From NCBI GenBank assembly GCA_040381935.1, contig JBEIGJ010000001.1, positions 32,895-96,894 of the forward strand: a DNA stretch of 64,000 nt, written 5' to 3'. Below are positions 1 to 8,689 of this stretch, piece by piece. Both the position numbers and the translations under genes were made by a program. Positions within the stretch are counted from its first letter, which is position 1, and each line of letters starts with the position of its first letter. Origin of the DNA: Acidimicrobiaceae bacterium (lineage in GTDB: Bacteria > Actinomycetota > Acidimicrobiia > Acidimicrobiales > Ilumatobacteraceae). Under the pieces are notes generated by a model. The model made no database searches, had not been told where the DNA came from, and worked only from the letters and a program-made list of their open reading frames with translations.

Positions 1-208
1 CGCCCAAACCAATCCAGCAGCGAATGTTCCGCCTCCGTGCACCATCATCATGGGAGTTCGAAATGGTGCTTGGACCAGGGTGTTCCCTGCCCTCGACGCA
101 GCGGACAACAACGGTGAAGGCTGGCACTGCGACCCCGCCGGAGTCGTTGAAATCGTCGGAGATTTTGGTGATGTCAGTAGCGGGATCGATCCGTCCCGGC
201 CCAACTGA
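1..208 (+). CDS. 3' end of a gene entering from upstream; possibly the solute-binding protein of the following Liv-type ABC operon (partial)
   Basis: Frame 2 is open from base 2 to TGA at 206-208 and reads ...TIIMGVRNGAWTRVFPALDAADNNGEGWHCDPAGVVEIVGDFGDVSSGIDPSRPN*. It is on the same strand as the permease gene and ends 72 nt upstream of it. No diagnostic motif; the product is inferred from operon logic only. Confidence 0.4.
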   Translation, partial: AQTNPAANVPPPCTIIMGVRNGAWTRVFPALDAADNNGEGWHCDPAGVVEIVGDFGDVSSGIDPSRPN

Positions 209-280
209 GATTCGTATCGATTCTCGGTCATCAGGCTGTTGCAGTTCACCCATTACTTCGAATCGAGGAATAAGTAATCG

Positions 281-2554
281 ATGCAAGAACTTCTGACGTT
301 CACCATCATCGGCCTATCGACTGGAGCGATCTATGCGGTCGTAGCCAGCGGTCTGGTGGTGACCTACACGACGTCAGGAATCTTCAACCTTGCCCATGGA
401 GCCACCGGCATGTTGGCGGCATTCACCTACTGGCAACTTCGTTTCGACTGGGGACTTCCCGCCCCTTTGGCGTTGATCATCACCTTGTTCATCTTGTGTC
501 CGATCTTCGGCATTCTCACCGAGCGCATCGTCATGCGTGGTCTGCAAGGTACGACTGAGGTTGTCAAACTCTCGGTAACAGTTGCCTTGTTCGCCTTCAT
601 GGTCGGCTTGGCCAACTGGATCTGGCCGAGCGATGCCAGTCGAAAGGCTTTTCTGCGCTTCTTCGATGGCAATATCGTCTCTCTCGGTGGAGTCAACGTC
701 AGTTGGCACAAGATCATCACGTTTGGATGCGCCGTTCTCGTGGCCGTCTTTTTGCGTCTCGTACTCTTTCGCACCCGTATGGGCGTGGCCATGCGTGCTG
801 TTGTCGACGATCGCAACCTGACTGAACTGAACGGTGCACGACCAGACCATGTCGCCATGTTCGCCTGGGCAGTGAGCGCTTGTTTAGCGGGTTTGGCTGG
901 CATTTTGCTGGCTGGTGAACAGCAGTTGAATATCGAGCCCCTGGTGTTGTTGGTGATCAATGCGTACGCAGCGGCGATCATCGGTCGCCTCAAGAACTTG
1001 CCGCTCACCTTCTTGGGAGCTGCGTTGCTCGGATTACTCGACGCCTACTACCTCATGCTCTCTGACGAATCATGGTTCCCGAAGACGTTCTTCGGATTTG
1101 GTCTGTCCGGTCTGCGGGCCTCGATTCCCACCATCGTGCTGTTCATAGCGTTGATCCTCCGTCCTCAAACTCGGCTCCGTACCGGGACAGTGCGATTCCG
1201 CGAAGAGAATCGCGTTCCTGAGTGGACCACGTCACTTCTTGGCGCTGCGAGCCTGATCATCATCACCATTGGAATTTCCGGAATGTTGACTCGTTCCAAC
1301 ACCCTTTTGCTCCTCAACGCCTTCACCTTTGCTATCGCTGCTCTATCACTCGTCCCGCTCACGGGATACGCCGGCCAAATGTCTCTTGCTCCATTGACCT
1401 TCACCGGGCTCGGAGCCATCGCCATGTCAAAACTTCCCGGTGATGGCAATCTGCTTTCCCTCTTGGCGGCCATCATCATCGTGGCGGTCATCGGCGCCAT
1501 CGTCGCATTGCCCGCCTTACGACTATCGGGCATCTACTTGGCACTTTCGACGGCAGCCTTTGCCGTACTCGTCACCAAGTTGGTCTTCAATCAGCGACAA
1601 ACTTTTCAGACCGGCAATATTTCCGTTCCGGTACTCGATTTGCCATTCATCACTATCCAATCACCCCGCGGACGGCTGATTCTGGCCGCATCAGCCTTCG
1701 CTCTGTTGGGCTTGGGTGTCGTTGCCCTCCGACGCAGCCGAATCGGACGCCAACTCATCGCTCTCAAGGACTCGCCGGCCGCTGCGGCCACTTTGGGTAT
1801 GAGCTTGACCCGAGCCAAATTGGTGGCCTTCGCAGTCTCCGCCGGTATCGCCGCGTGCGCCGGTGCCTTGGCCGGAGACAAGGTCAGCCCTCAGCAATAC
1901 GACTTCATGCAAAGCCTTCCCCTGGTTTTGTTGACAGTTGTCGGTGGAGTGGGAACAGTTGGCGGAGCACTTTTTGGCGGATTCCTGCTTGGAGGCAACT
2001 CGGTTCTGGCGGGCATCGTTCCCACCGTCAAGAACCTCACCAAAGTGGGACCCGGAGTCATCGGCGTCACACTTGGCCGCAATCCCAACGGGGCAGCCTC
2101 GCAAACCGCCGACAATTTCCGCACATTGCAACGCCGTTGGAATCTTTTGGCCATTACCGGGGCCGGGGCCGTCGGGATCTGGGCCTTGAATGCCGTTGGA
2201 GCCATCTCGCGCTGGTCTTTTTTCATCGCCGGCGTCTTTTGGTTCTTGGCAGTGACCCCCAATCTTGTTGCCATGACATCCAGTTCCGCCCGACGCCGAT
2301 TGATCGCCATCGTGTATCTCGGTCTGGGCCTGGCGCTGGCAGCTGCCGTGGATTGGAGTACCACTCTCGATGCCACCGGCAAACGCCTGATCGCCATGGC
2401 TTTCCTCATTGCGGTCTTCGGCTTGGGAGCCCAGCGCACCTTGGAATCAACACCGCGCTTACTTCACTCCTCGCCGGATCTGGCCGGTCTGAGCGAACCC
2501 TTCAGCGACGAGGAGATTGCCCGTGCTGAGAGTGGATTAGGGGTGGTGCTCTGA
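281..2554 (+). CDS. Branched-chain amino acid (Liv/HAAT-type) ABC transporter permease, fused LivH-like + LivM-like, with an extra C-terminal membrane extension
   Basis: 757-aa very hydrophobic ORF with many predicted TM segments. AGGAA lies about 10 nt upstream of the ATG. The stop overlaps the start of the LivG-like ATPase gene (TGATG at 2552-2556). Its length equals two Liv permease components plus about 120 further residues containing additional hydrophobic segments. Confidence 0.85.
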   Translation: MQELLTFTIIGLSTGAIYAVVASGLVVTYTTSGIFNLAHGATGMLAAFTYWQLRFDWGLPAPLALIITLFILCPIFGILTERIVMRGLQGTTEVVKLSVTVALFAFMVGLANWIWPSDASRKAFLRFFDGNIVSLGGVNVSWHKIITFGCAVLVAVFLRLVLFRTRMGVAMRAVVDDRNLTELNGARPDHVAMFAWAVSACLAGLAGILLAGEQQLNIEPLVLLVINAYAAAIIGRLKNLPLTFLGAALLGLLDAYYLMLSDESWFPKTFFGFGLSGLRASIPTIVLFIALILRPQTRLRTGTVRFREENRVPEWTTSLLGAASLIIITIGISGMLTRSNTLLLLNAFTFAIAALSLVPLTGYAGQMSLAPLTFTGLGAIAMSKLPGDGNLLSLLAAIIIVAVIGAIVALPALRLSGIYLALSTAAFAVLVTKLVFNQRQTFQTGNISVPVLDLPFITIQSPRGRLILAASAFALLGLGVVALRRSRIGRQLIALKDSPAAAATLGMSLTRAKLVAFAVSAGIAACAGALAGDKVSPQQYDFMQSLPLVLLTVVGGVGTVGGALFGGFLLGGNSVLAGIVPTVKNLTKVGPGVIGVTLGRNPNGAASQTADNFRTLQRRWNLLAITGAGAVGIWALNAVGAISRWSFFIAGVFWFLAVTPNLVAMTSSSARRRLIAIVYLGLGLALAAAVDWSTTLDATGKRLIAMAFLIAVFGLGAQRTLESTPRLLHSSPDLAGLSEPFSDEEIARAESGLGVVL

Positions 2555-3261
2555 TGGCACTCCTGGAAACTCACGCCGTCATGGTTCGCTTCGGAGGGGT
2601 GATGGCCCTCGGCGGTGTCGACATCGTGGTGCCAGCAAGTCAGGTCACCGGACTCATTGGACCCAACGGTGCAGGCAAGACGACATTGTTCAATGTCATC
2701 AGCGGGATCCAAACTCCAACATCGGGATCGATCTCTATCGATGCTGCTGATGTCACCCGAGTCGCCCCACACCGACGAGCGCGATTGGGTTTAGCTCGGA
2801 CTTTTCAGCGACTCGAGCTTTTTGGATCACTCTCGGTGCGCGACAACGTGCGCGTTGCCGCTGAGTTGGCTCGGGTCCCCGATGTGAGTCACTGGGTAGA
2901 CGTGACTCTGTCTCGCGTCGGCCTCAGTGAACTTGCCGATCAAACAGCTGGTGATCTCCCGACAGGTTCAGCTCGGTTGGTCGAAATAGCGCGAGCGTTG
3001 GCGACAAAACCTCGCCTTCTGCTTCTCGACGAACCAGCATCGGGTCTCGATGAATCAGAAACGGAGCACCTTGGCTCCCTTTTGCGCACTCTCACGGCTG
3101 AAGGACTCGGCATCCTATTGGTGGAGCACGATGTGGGTCTGGTGATGCGGGTGTGTGATTCGATTTACGTCTTGGATTTGGGTCTGATCATTGCCCATGG
3201 CACGCCCGATGAAATCAAACACGATCCTCTCGTGCTCTCGGCATATTTGGGGGCCTCATGA
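2554..3261 (+). CDS. ABC transporter ATP-binding protein, LivG-like
   Basis: Walker A GPNGAGKTT, Walker B LLLLDEPASGL, H-loop LVEHDV. The signature region reads LPTGSAR (non-canonical). Its 1-nt overlap with the permease gene and 4-nt overlap (ATGA) with the next ATPase gene link it to both. Confidence 0.9.
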   Translation: MALLETHAVMVRFGGVMALGGVDIVVPASQVTGLIGPNGAGKTTLFNVISGIQTPTSGSISIDAADVTRVAPHRRARLGLARTFQRLELFGSLSVRDNVRVAAELARVPDVSHWVDVTLSRVGLSELADQTAGDLPTGSARLVEIARALATKPRLLLLDEPASGLDESETEHLGSLLRTLTAEGLGILLVEHDVGLVMRVCDSIYVLDLGLIIAHGTPDEIKHDPLVLSAYLGAS

Positions 3262-3962
3262 CCCAGCCCATTTTGGAACTGCGCAACATCCATGCGGCCT
3301 ACGGCACGATCGAAGTGCTCCACGGCATCGATCTGAAAGTGCAAACCGGAGAAGTTGTGGCCCTGCTCGGACCGAACGGCGCTGGGAAGAGCACCACGAT
3401 CAAAGTGATCTGCGGACTCATCAAACCCACTGCGGGACACGTTCTCGTTGCTGGTCGCAACGTCGCTGGTGCCTCGGCCCACACCTTGGCCCGAGCTGGC
3501 CTGTGCACCATTCCCGAGGGTCGTGGTGTCTTCCCCAACCTCACCGTGCGGGAGAACCTGCTGATGGCCACCTACAGCGGACGCCGTCTGAGTGATATCG
3601 AAGAACAGACCTTCAGCCGCTTCCCACGTCTGTCGGAACGTCGACACCAAGTGGCTGGAACCTTGTCGGGTGGAGAACAGCAAATGTTGTCACTCTCGCG
3701 TGCGTTGGCAACGGATCCAGTTGTTCTTCTCCTGGACGAACTATCGATGGGACTTGCCCCCATCGTGGTCGCCGAGTTGTACGAACAAGTTGCAGCGATC
3801 GCTGCTGAGGGTGTCTCGGTACTCGTTGTCGAACAATTCGCGCGCACCGTTCTCGGCATTGCCGATCAAGCCGTACTCGTGGCCCAAGGAAGAGTTCAAG
3901 TCGCCGGGCCCGCACATGAGATCGGTGAAGATGTCTTGGCCGGCGCGTATCTGGGTCGATAG
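3258..3962 (+). CDS. ABC transporter ATP-binding protein, LivF-like
   Basis: Walker A GPNGAGKST, signature LSGGEQQML, Walker B LLLDELSMGLAP, VVEQ H-loop region. Confidence 0.9.
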   Translation: MTQPILELRNIHAAYGTIEVLHGIDLKVQTGEVVALLGPNGAGKSTTIKVICGLIKPTAGHVLVAGRNVAGASAHTLARAGLCTIPEGRGVFPNLTVRENLLMATYSGRRLSDIEEQTFSRFPRLSERRHQVAGTLSGGEQQMLSLSRALATDPVVLLLDELSMGLAPIVVAELYEQVAAIAAEGVSVLVVEQFARTVLGIADQAVLVAQGRVQVAGPAHEIGEDVLAGAYLGR

Positions 3963-4017
3963 CCAAGTATGAACAGCACATATTCCATCATCAACTGCAC
4001 CTGAACGGATAGATCCC

Positions 4018-4386
4018 ATGAACGAAGACCGAATCCAAGCTTTCACTGAAGAAATCGCCACCATGAAGTTGCGCGGTGCCCGAGCCGACCGCGAGCGGAT
4101 CCTGCTGATCCTTGGTGTGGTCGGTCTCGTGGCTGGCGTTGGAATGGCCGTCTTTGGTGGATTTCAAGCCAGTGGTACTGGCGATACGGGGGACCAAATT
4201 GCCTTCTTGGCCACCGGAACTCTGATTGGACTGGCGCTGGTTATTGCTGGCACTGCCATCTTCATCCGATATTCGTTGGCTCGCTTCCTGCGTTTTTGGT
4301 TGGTCCGCTTGGTCCATGAACATCGCACCGAGACCGATCGCGTCATCGCCCAGTTGCATGAGATCGAAAAGAAACTCGGCAATTAG
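4018..4386 (+). CDS. Hypothetical small membrane protein with two predicted TM helices
   Basis: 122-aa ORF. Amphipathic N-terminus, two hydrophobic stretches (ILLILGVVGLVAGVGMAVFGGF and LATGTLIGLALVIAGTAIFI), charged C-terminal helix. No family recognised. Confidence 0.5.
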   Translation: MNEDRIQAFTEEIATMKLRGARADRERILLILGVVGLVAGVGMAVFGGFQASGTGDTGDQIAFLATGTLIGLALVIAGTAIFIRYSLARFLRFWLVRLVHEHRTETDRVIAQLHEIEKKLGN

Positions 4387-4418
4387 GCCACTGAACTGTT
4401 CTCCAACTCTCTGATTGG

Positions 4419-4439
4419 ACCCTCCCCAACGGTGAGGGT
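4419..4439 (+). terminator. Weak hairpin between the small membrane protein gene and etfA
   Basis: ACCCTC-N9-GAGGGT followed by only TT. There is no proper U-tract, so it may not terminate transcription. Confidence 0.2.
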
Positions 4440-4469
4440 TTCCAGCAACAGGCGTAATCTGTCCAGTGC

Positions 4470-5447
4470 ATGATTGCTGTCGTATTGGTTCGCTCGGGCC
4501 AGGTGCCTGCCGGTGCTGAGGAGGCCGTCTCCGAAGCTGGTGGAGATCTCCTCCTGGTCGGTACGGCAACCAATGAGGCAGTACCCGAACTTCGAGCCGC
4601 GACCCGAGTGTGGACCTTGGAAATCGAGTCCCCTTCGGGTTTTTCGTTCGCCGATAGTGCCCGTTCAATTGGCCTGGCCCTGGAAAGCATCGGTCGTCAT
4701 GACGACACCGTGCTTCTACCCGGTAGTCCAGATGGGCGGGATCTGGCTCCGCATCTGGCGCGTCTGCTCGATCGACCCTTCTTTGCTGGAGCGGTGGCAA
4801 TCGATGAATCAATGGTCGGCATCAGCCGTGATGGCGGTCTGCAGATCGCCGAATTTCCACTAACCAGCCCGGTCGTGGCCACCATCCAGGTCGGCAGCCG
4901 TGGTCCGGAAATCGCTGGAACGCCTCCTGTGGTCACCTCATTGGTACTGAACAATCACTCTGAAAGTGTGCCTACTGGCCACGACGGCACAACGCAAAAC
5001 GGCGTGCTGTCGCTATCGGTTCTACCCCCCGATGCCGCCACCATGGACCTCTCCGAAGCCCCGCGCATCATTGGAGGTGGTGCAGGCTTACGAACTCCCG
5101 AGGCATTCCCCGTTCTCGAACAGATCGCCACCGCTCTCGATGCATCCATGGGAGTAACACGAGTCATCACCGACCGTGCGTGGGCCTCCCATGATCGACA
5201 GATCGGAACTACGGGTGTCATCGTCAACCCTCGTTTGTACTTGTCGTTCGGAATCAGCGGTGCAGTGCAACACACCAGTGGGCTCGGTCAGCCAGACCAC
5301 ATCATCAGCGTGAATACCGACCCACACTGTCCGATGATGCAGATGTCGGATTTGGCCATAGTCGCCGATGCCAATCAAGTACTCGACGAATTGGCCACTC
5401 TGCTCGACATCACGTCGCCATCGCTATCGAGTGAACGCGCCTCATGA
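4470..5447 (+). CDS. etfA: Electron transfer flavoprotein alpha subunit (EtfA/FixB-like)
   Basis: The C-terminal FAD domain reads ...RIIGGGAGL...GVTRVITDRAWASHDRQIGTTGVIVNPRLYLSFGISGAVQHTSGL...IISVNTDPHCPMM..., the ETF-alpha signature region. The stop overlaps the fixC start (ATGA at 5444-5447). Confidence 0.9.
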   Translation: MIAVVLVRSGQVPAGAEEAVSEAGGDLLLVGTATNEAVPELRAATRVWTLEIESPSGFSFADSARSIGLALESIGRHDDTVLLPGSPDGRDLAPHLARLLDRPFFAGAVAIDESMVGISRDGGLQIAEFPLTSPVVATIQVGSRGPEIAGTPPVVTSLVLNNHSESVPTGHDGTTQNGVLSLSVLPPDAATMDLSEAPRIIGGGAGLRTPEAFPVLEQIATALDASMGVTRVITDRAWASHDRQIGTTGVIVNPRLYLSFGISGAVQHTSGLGQPDHIISVNTDPHCPMMQMSDLAIVADANQVLDELATLLDITSPSLSSERAS

Positions 5448-6787
5448 CCACCCAACGAATAACCATCGAAGCTTCTCCCCTCGGCCAACGCGACGCCGAT
5501 GTCATTGTTGTTGGCGCCGGACCGGCCGGTTCGTGCGCCGCGATCGCTGCAGCTCGCAGTGGTCGTCGAGTAATCCTTCTTGAACGCGGTCCCTTTCCGG
5601 GATCGAAGAATATGTACGGCGGCGTGGTGTACCCGCGCATTCTCGACGAACTCGTTCCCGAGTGGTGGAAAACAGCACCGATCCAACGCTGGGTCGTACG
5701 CCGCTCGACCATGTTGCTCTCTGAAACTGGTGCTCTCAATATCGATTACCGCAGCCAGTCGTGGGCTGAGCCTCCCTATAACGGAGCGACGGCATACCGG
5801 CCAGATTTCGATCACTGGTTGGCACAGTGCGCTGTCGATGCCGGAGCCGAATTGATCTGTGCCACCACTGCGACGTCGCTGCTCTATGACCAACAGGGTC
5901 ATGTCGTTGGAGTTCGCACTGATCGACCCGATGGCGATCTCACCGCCGATCTGGTCATTGCTTGTGATGGGGTCAATAGCTTTCTGGCCAAACAAGCTGG
6001 CCTGTATCACGCCACTGATGCCTCCAACTTCACATTGGGAGTGAAAGAGACCTTGTCACTACCACGTGAGGTCATCGAGAACCGGTTCGGGATCCGTGAT
6101 AACCATGGCGTCGACATCGAGATCTTGGGTGGAACATCCGGGGTCAACGGCGGCGGATTCATTTACACCAACCTTGACACCGTTGCCCTTGGAGTCGTGC
6201 TCAAACTTCCCAAACTTGCTTCCCAAACCAAACGTCCAGAAGAGATCATTGCTGCCCTCAAAGAGCACCCCGCGATCAAACCCCTGATCGAGGGTGCCGA
6301 AATCCTGGAGTTCTCAGCCCACCTCATTCCCGAGGCCGGACTCGACATGATGCCCAAAATGGTGGCCGATGGACTACTCATCGCCGGAGATGCGGCTGCA
6401 CTGTGTCTCGCGGCCGGCATTTGGCTGGAGGGCGTCAATTTTGCCATGGCCAGCGGTATGTACGCCGGAGAAGTCGCTGCCACGTGTTCTCGGGATGGGT
6501 CGACATCCCGCAAGTCACTTGCTCGTTACGTGGACCGTCTGGAAGGGTCGTTCGTTCTTCAGGATCACCGCAAGTTGCGCAAGATCCCCAACTTGGTTCT
6601 CTCGGATCGCGTTCAGCACCGCTATCCGCAATTCGCCACCGCCGTGGTGGAAAGAATGTTCCGGGTCGACAATCCTCACCCCAAGCCTGGACTGCGTCGC
6701 ATCGTCCGTGAGGAGCGACGTCGGGCTGGCATATCCTGGCGGGAACTCCTGCGCGATGGTTGGACGGGGATGAAGGGATTCGGATGA
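5444..6787 (+). CDS. fixC: FAD-dependent oxidoreductase FixC (ETF-quinone oxidoreductase-like)
   Basis: N-terminal dinucleotide fold VIVVGAGPAGSCAAIAAARSGRRVILLERG. Its 447-aa length, position between ETF genes and the fixX gene immediately downstream fit FixC. Confidence 0.85.
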   Translation: MTTQRITIEASPLGQRDADVIVVGAGPAGSCAAIAAARSGRRVILLERGPFPGSKNMYGGVVYPRILDELVPEWWKTAPIQRWVVRRSTMLLSETGALNIDYRSQSWAEPPYNGATAYRPDFDHWLAQCAVDAGAELICATTATSLLYDQQGHVVGVRTDRPDGDLTADLVIACDGVNSFLAKQAGLYHATDASNFTLGVKETLSLPREVIENRFGIRDNHGVDIEILGGTSGVNGGGFIYTNLDTVALGVVLKLPKLASQTKRPEEIIAALKEHPAIKPLIEGAEILEFSAHLIPEAGLDMMPKMVADGLLIAGDAAALCLAAGIWLEGVNFAMASGMYAGEVAATCSRDGSTSRKSLARYVDRLEGSFVLQDHRKLRKIPNLVLSDRVQHRYPQFATAVVERMFRVDNPHPKPGLRRIVREERRRAGISWRELLRDGWTGMKGFG

Positions 6788-7137
6788 TGAACACAACGTC
6801 AGCGACCTCACAGCCACCCACGACAACGGCGCGCATCGAATCCGATTCATCGTGGAGAGGAATTCCCTTCGAGGAACGAATCGGCACCGCCGAGTTTCGG
6901 ATTCATGAGCGCGCTCACATCACCGTCAACGGAGATTCGTGTCGCGGCTGTACCACCCGCGAGTGCGTAGTCGCCTGTCCCGCCAACCTCTTTGTTCCCA
7001 CCAGTGATGGGGGCATCTTGTTCAATTATGAAAATTGCTTCGAATGCGGCACCTGCTACATGGTCTGCAACCGCGAGGGTGCTATTACCTGGACCTATCC
7101 CGAAGGCGGATTCGGCATCGTCTTCCATCGGACATGA
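6784..7137 (+). CDS. fixX: Ferredoxin-like protein FixX
   Basis: Cys motifs CRGCTTRECVVACPANLF and FECGTCYMVC, ending ...ITWTYPEGGFGIVFHRT as in FixX. I chose the ATG at 6784, which overlaps the fixC stop (ATGA) and follows GAAGGGA. The ORF track begins at an upstream TTG (6760). Confidence 0.85.
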   Translation: MMNTTSATSQPPTTTARIESDSSWRGIPFEERIGTAEFRIHERAHITVNGDSCRGCTTRECVVACPANLFVPTSDGGILFNYENCFECGTCYMVCNREGAITWTYPEGGFGIVFHRT

Positions 7138-7177
7138 ACCCCTCGTTTTCTTTGGCGAATGACTGGGATGGCCCACG

Positions 7178-7996
7178 ATGACCATCGCCGTCTGTCTCAA
7201 ATGGGCGCTGGTGGGAAATGGCGATGAACGTTACGCCGAGCTCTCCTATGCTGACCAAGCCGCATTGGAATTTGCATTGCTGACCGGAGCGCACTTTGGC
7301 CAGCCGGTGCGCGCCGTGACCGCCGGCCCGGTCCAAGCCGACAAAATTCTTCGTCAGGCGCTCGCGGTTGGCGTGCATGATGCGCATCGGATCGAACTCG
7401 ACTCGGATTCGTCGAGTTCCCTCGTTGCCCGCAGTCTTGCTCCTTACGTTGCTGACTGTCAGTTGATTTGGTGTGGGGATTATTCCAGCGACCGGGGTTC
7501 AGGTTCCGTCCCCGCCTTTTTGGCCGCTGAGTTGGATATCGACCAAGCGCTGGGACTGATCAGCGTTGGGATTCCATCGAATACCGATGAACCTCTCCAG
7601 GTACGCCGTCGCCTCGATGGAGGGCGGCGCGAACTGCTAGCAGTGCGCGGACCAGCGGTACTTTCGGTCGAAGGTTCTGCAGCCCGCCTTCGACGAGCAT
7701 CTTTGCGAGCCACGATGGCTGTTGCTGACACTGCCATCACTGCTCGCCCATCGGCTGAGTCGCTCCGCAATCGCGGCGACATCGGGATTGCACCAACCCT
7801 TCGGCCTTTTCGCCCTCGACCACGGGTCATAGAAGCACCCCGGGGCGACAGCGCTCTGGACCGAGTGCGCCAGGTCACCAACCTTGCCCAAGGATCAAGT
7901 GACAAAGGTCGGAGCGAACTGGTCGAACTCGAACCCCAAGAGGCAGCAGCCCGCATTCTTGCCGCTCTTCGACACTGGAATTACCTCGACTCGTGA
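7178..7996 (+). CDS. etfB: Electron transfer flavoprotein beta subunit (EtfB/FixA-like)
   Basis: MTIAVCLKW...YADQAALEFAL...VTAGPVQADKILRQALAVGV...LIWCGDYSSDRGSGSVPAFLAAELD matches the ETF-beta layout. The stop overlaps the mftE start (GTGA at 7993-7996). Confidence 0.85.
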   Translation: MTIAVCLKWALVGNGDERYAELSYADQAALEFALLTGAHFGQPVRAVTAGPVQADKILRQALAVGVHDAHRIELDSDSSSSLVARSLAPYVADCQLIWCGDYSSDRGSGSVPAFLAAELDIDQALGLISVGIPSNTDEPLQVRRRLDGGRRELLAVRGPAVLSVEGSAARLRRASLRATMAVADTAITARPSAESLRNRGDIGIAPTLRPFRPRPRVIEAPRGDSALDRVRQVTNLAQGSSDKGRSELVELEPQEAAARILAALRHWNYLDS

Positions 7997-8670
7997 CATC
8001 TCACAGCCAGCCTGCCCCCATCGATTTCGAGGGTGCACCAATTGTCGTGATTCCAGTCGGCTCATGGGAACAGCACGGCCCGCACCTCCCCTTCGATACC
8101 GATACTCGCATCGCTGAAGCGCTGGTCGACGATGTCATCCAAAAATTGCCACAACTTCGCCGCGGTCCAACAGTGACAGTTGGCGCCAGTGGCGAACATG
8201 CTGGATTCTCCGGCACTTTGTCGATCGGAACCGAGACCACGGCACAAGTCATGATCGAAATCGCCCGCTCTGCTATCTGGAGCAGTGGAGTCGTTTTTGT
8301 CAATGGACATGGAGGGAATCTCGACGCTGTGAACATCGCTCGCCGTTGTCTGCGCGCTGAAGGTCGACGCGTCTTGTTTTGGTCCCCCTCTTCTGATGAT
8401 CAATACGACACCCATGCCGGACACATCGAAACTTCAGTGATGATGACGCTCGCTCCTGAAACCGTTCTTACTGATCGTCTCCAACCTGGCACTCGCCTTC
8501 GGATCTCCGAAAATCTGGAGCACCTACGTGTGCGGGGAGTCATCGGTGTCAGTCCCAACGGCATTCTCGGCGATCCGCGTACAGCCAATGCCGAAGACGG
8601 CCGCCGAATTCTCTCCAGTTGGTCCGAATCTTTACAACTATCTCTCGAGCAATGGCTGCACGAGTCGTGA
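7993..8670 (+). CDS. mftE: Creatininase-family peptidase, mycofactocin precursor peptidase MftE-like
   Basis: VIPVGSWEQHGPHLPFDTDT, GASGEHAGFSGTLSIG, VNGHGGN and HAGHIETS are creatininase/MftE metal-binding blocks as I remember them. A glycosyltransferase with an MftF-like N-terminus follows directly. Confidence 0.8.
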   Translation: MTSHSQPAPIDFEGAPIVVIPVGSWEQHGPHLPFDTDTRIAEALVDDVIQKLPQLRRGPTVTVGASGEHAGFSGTLSIGTETTAQVMIEIARSAIWSSGVVFVNGHGGNLDAVNIARRCLRAEGRRVLFWSPSSDDQYDTHAGHIETSVMMTLAPETVLTDRLQPGTRLRISENLEHLRVRGVIGVSPNGILGDPRTANAEDGRRILSSWSESLQLSLEQWLHES

Positions 8671-8689
8671 AGACGCGAGTCATGAACAC

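Noticed and set aside
24-296. 90-aa plus-strand ORF from the track, and an open minus-strand frame from an ATG at 253 running off the window start (MGELQQPDDRESIRISVGPG...).
   Set aside because: The 24..296 translation is Ser/Arg/Pro-rich, low-complexity-looking, and would overlap the permease start. The minus-strand frame has no RBS and no recognisable motif. A third reading (plus strand, frame 2, ending at 208) looks more protein-like and fits operon logic, so that one was reported, at low confidence.
3969-4004. Tiny ORF MNSTYSIINCT between the ABC operon and the ETF/mft block, considered as a possible mycofactocin-precursor-like peptide. Also considered: a 4-codon ORF ending in V-Y-stop near 26855-26869.
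   Set aside because: Neither has the MftA-type C-terminus (...C-G-V-Y) or a plausible leader. They are too short and lack an RBS, and the second lies inside the flavodoxin-like gene on the opposite strand.
3991-4812. Long antisense or alternative-frame ORFs from the track, for example 3991..4812(-), 5375..6010(-), 30416..31390(+), 33789..34436(+), 35732..36460(+), 46539..47285(+), 54872..55435(+).
   Set aside because: Each lies entirely within or opposite a gene with clear family motifs. Their translations are Arg/Ser/Pro/Gly-rich and motif-free, which is typical of shadow ORFs in GC-rich coding DNA.
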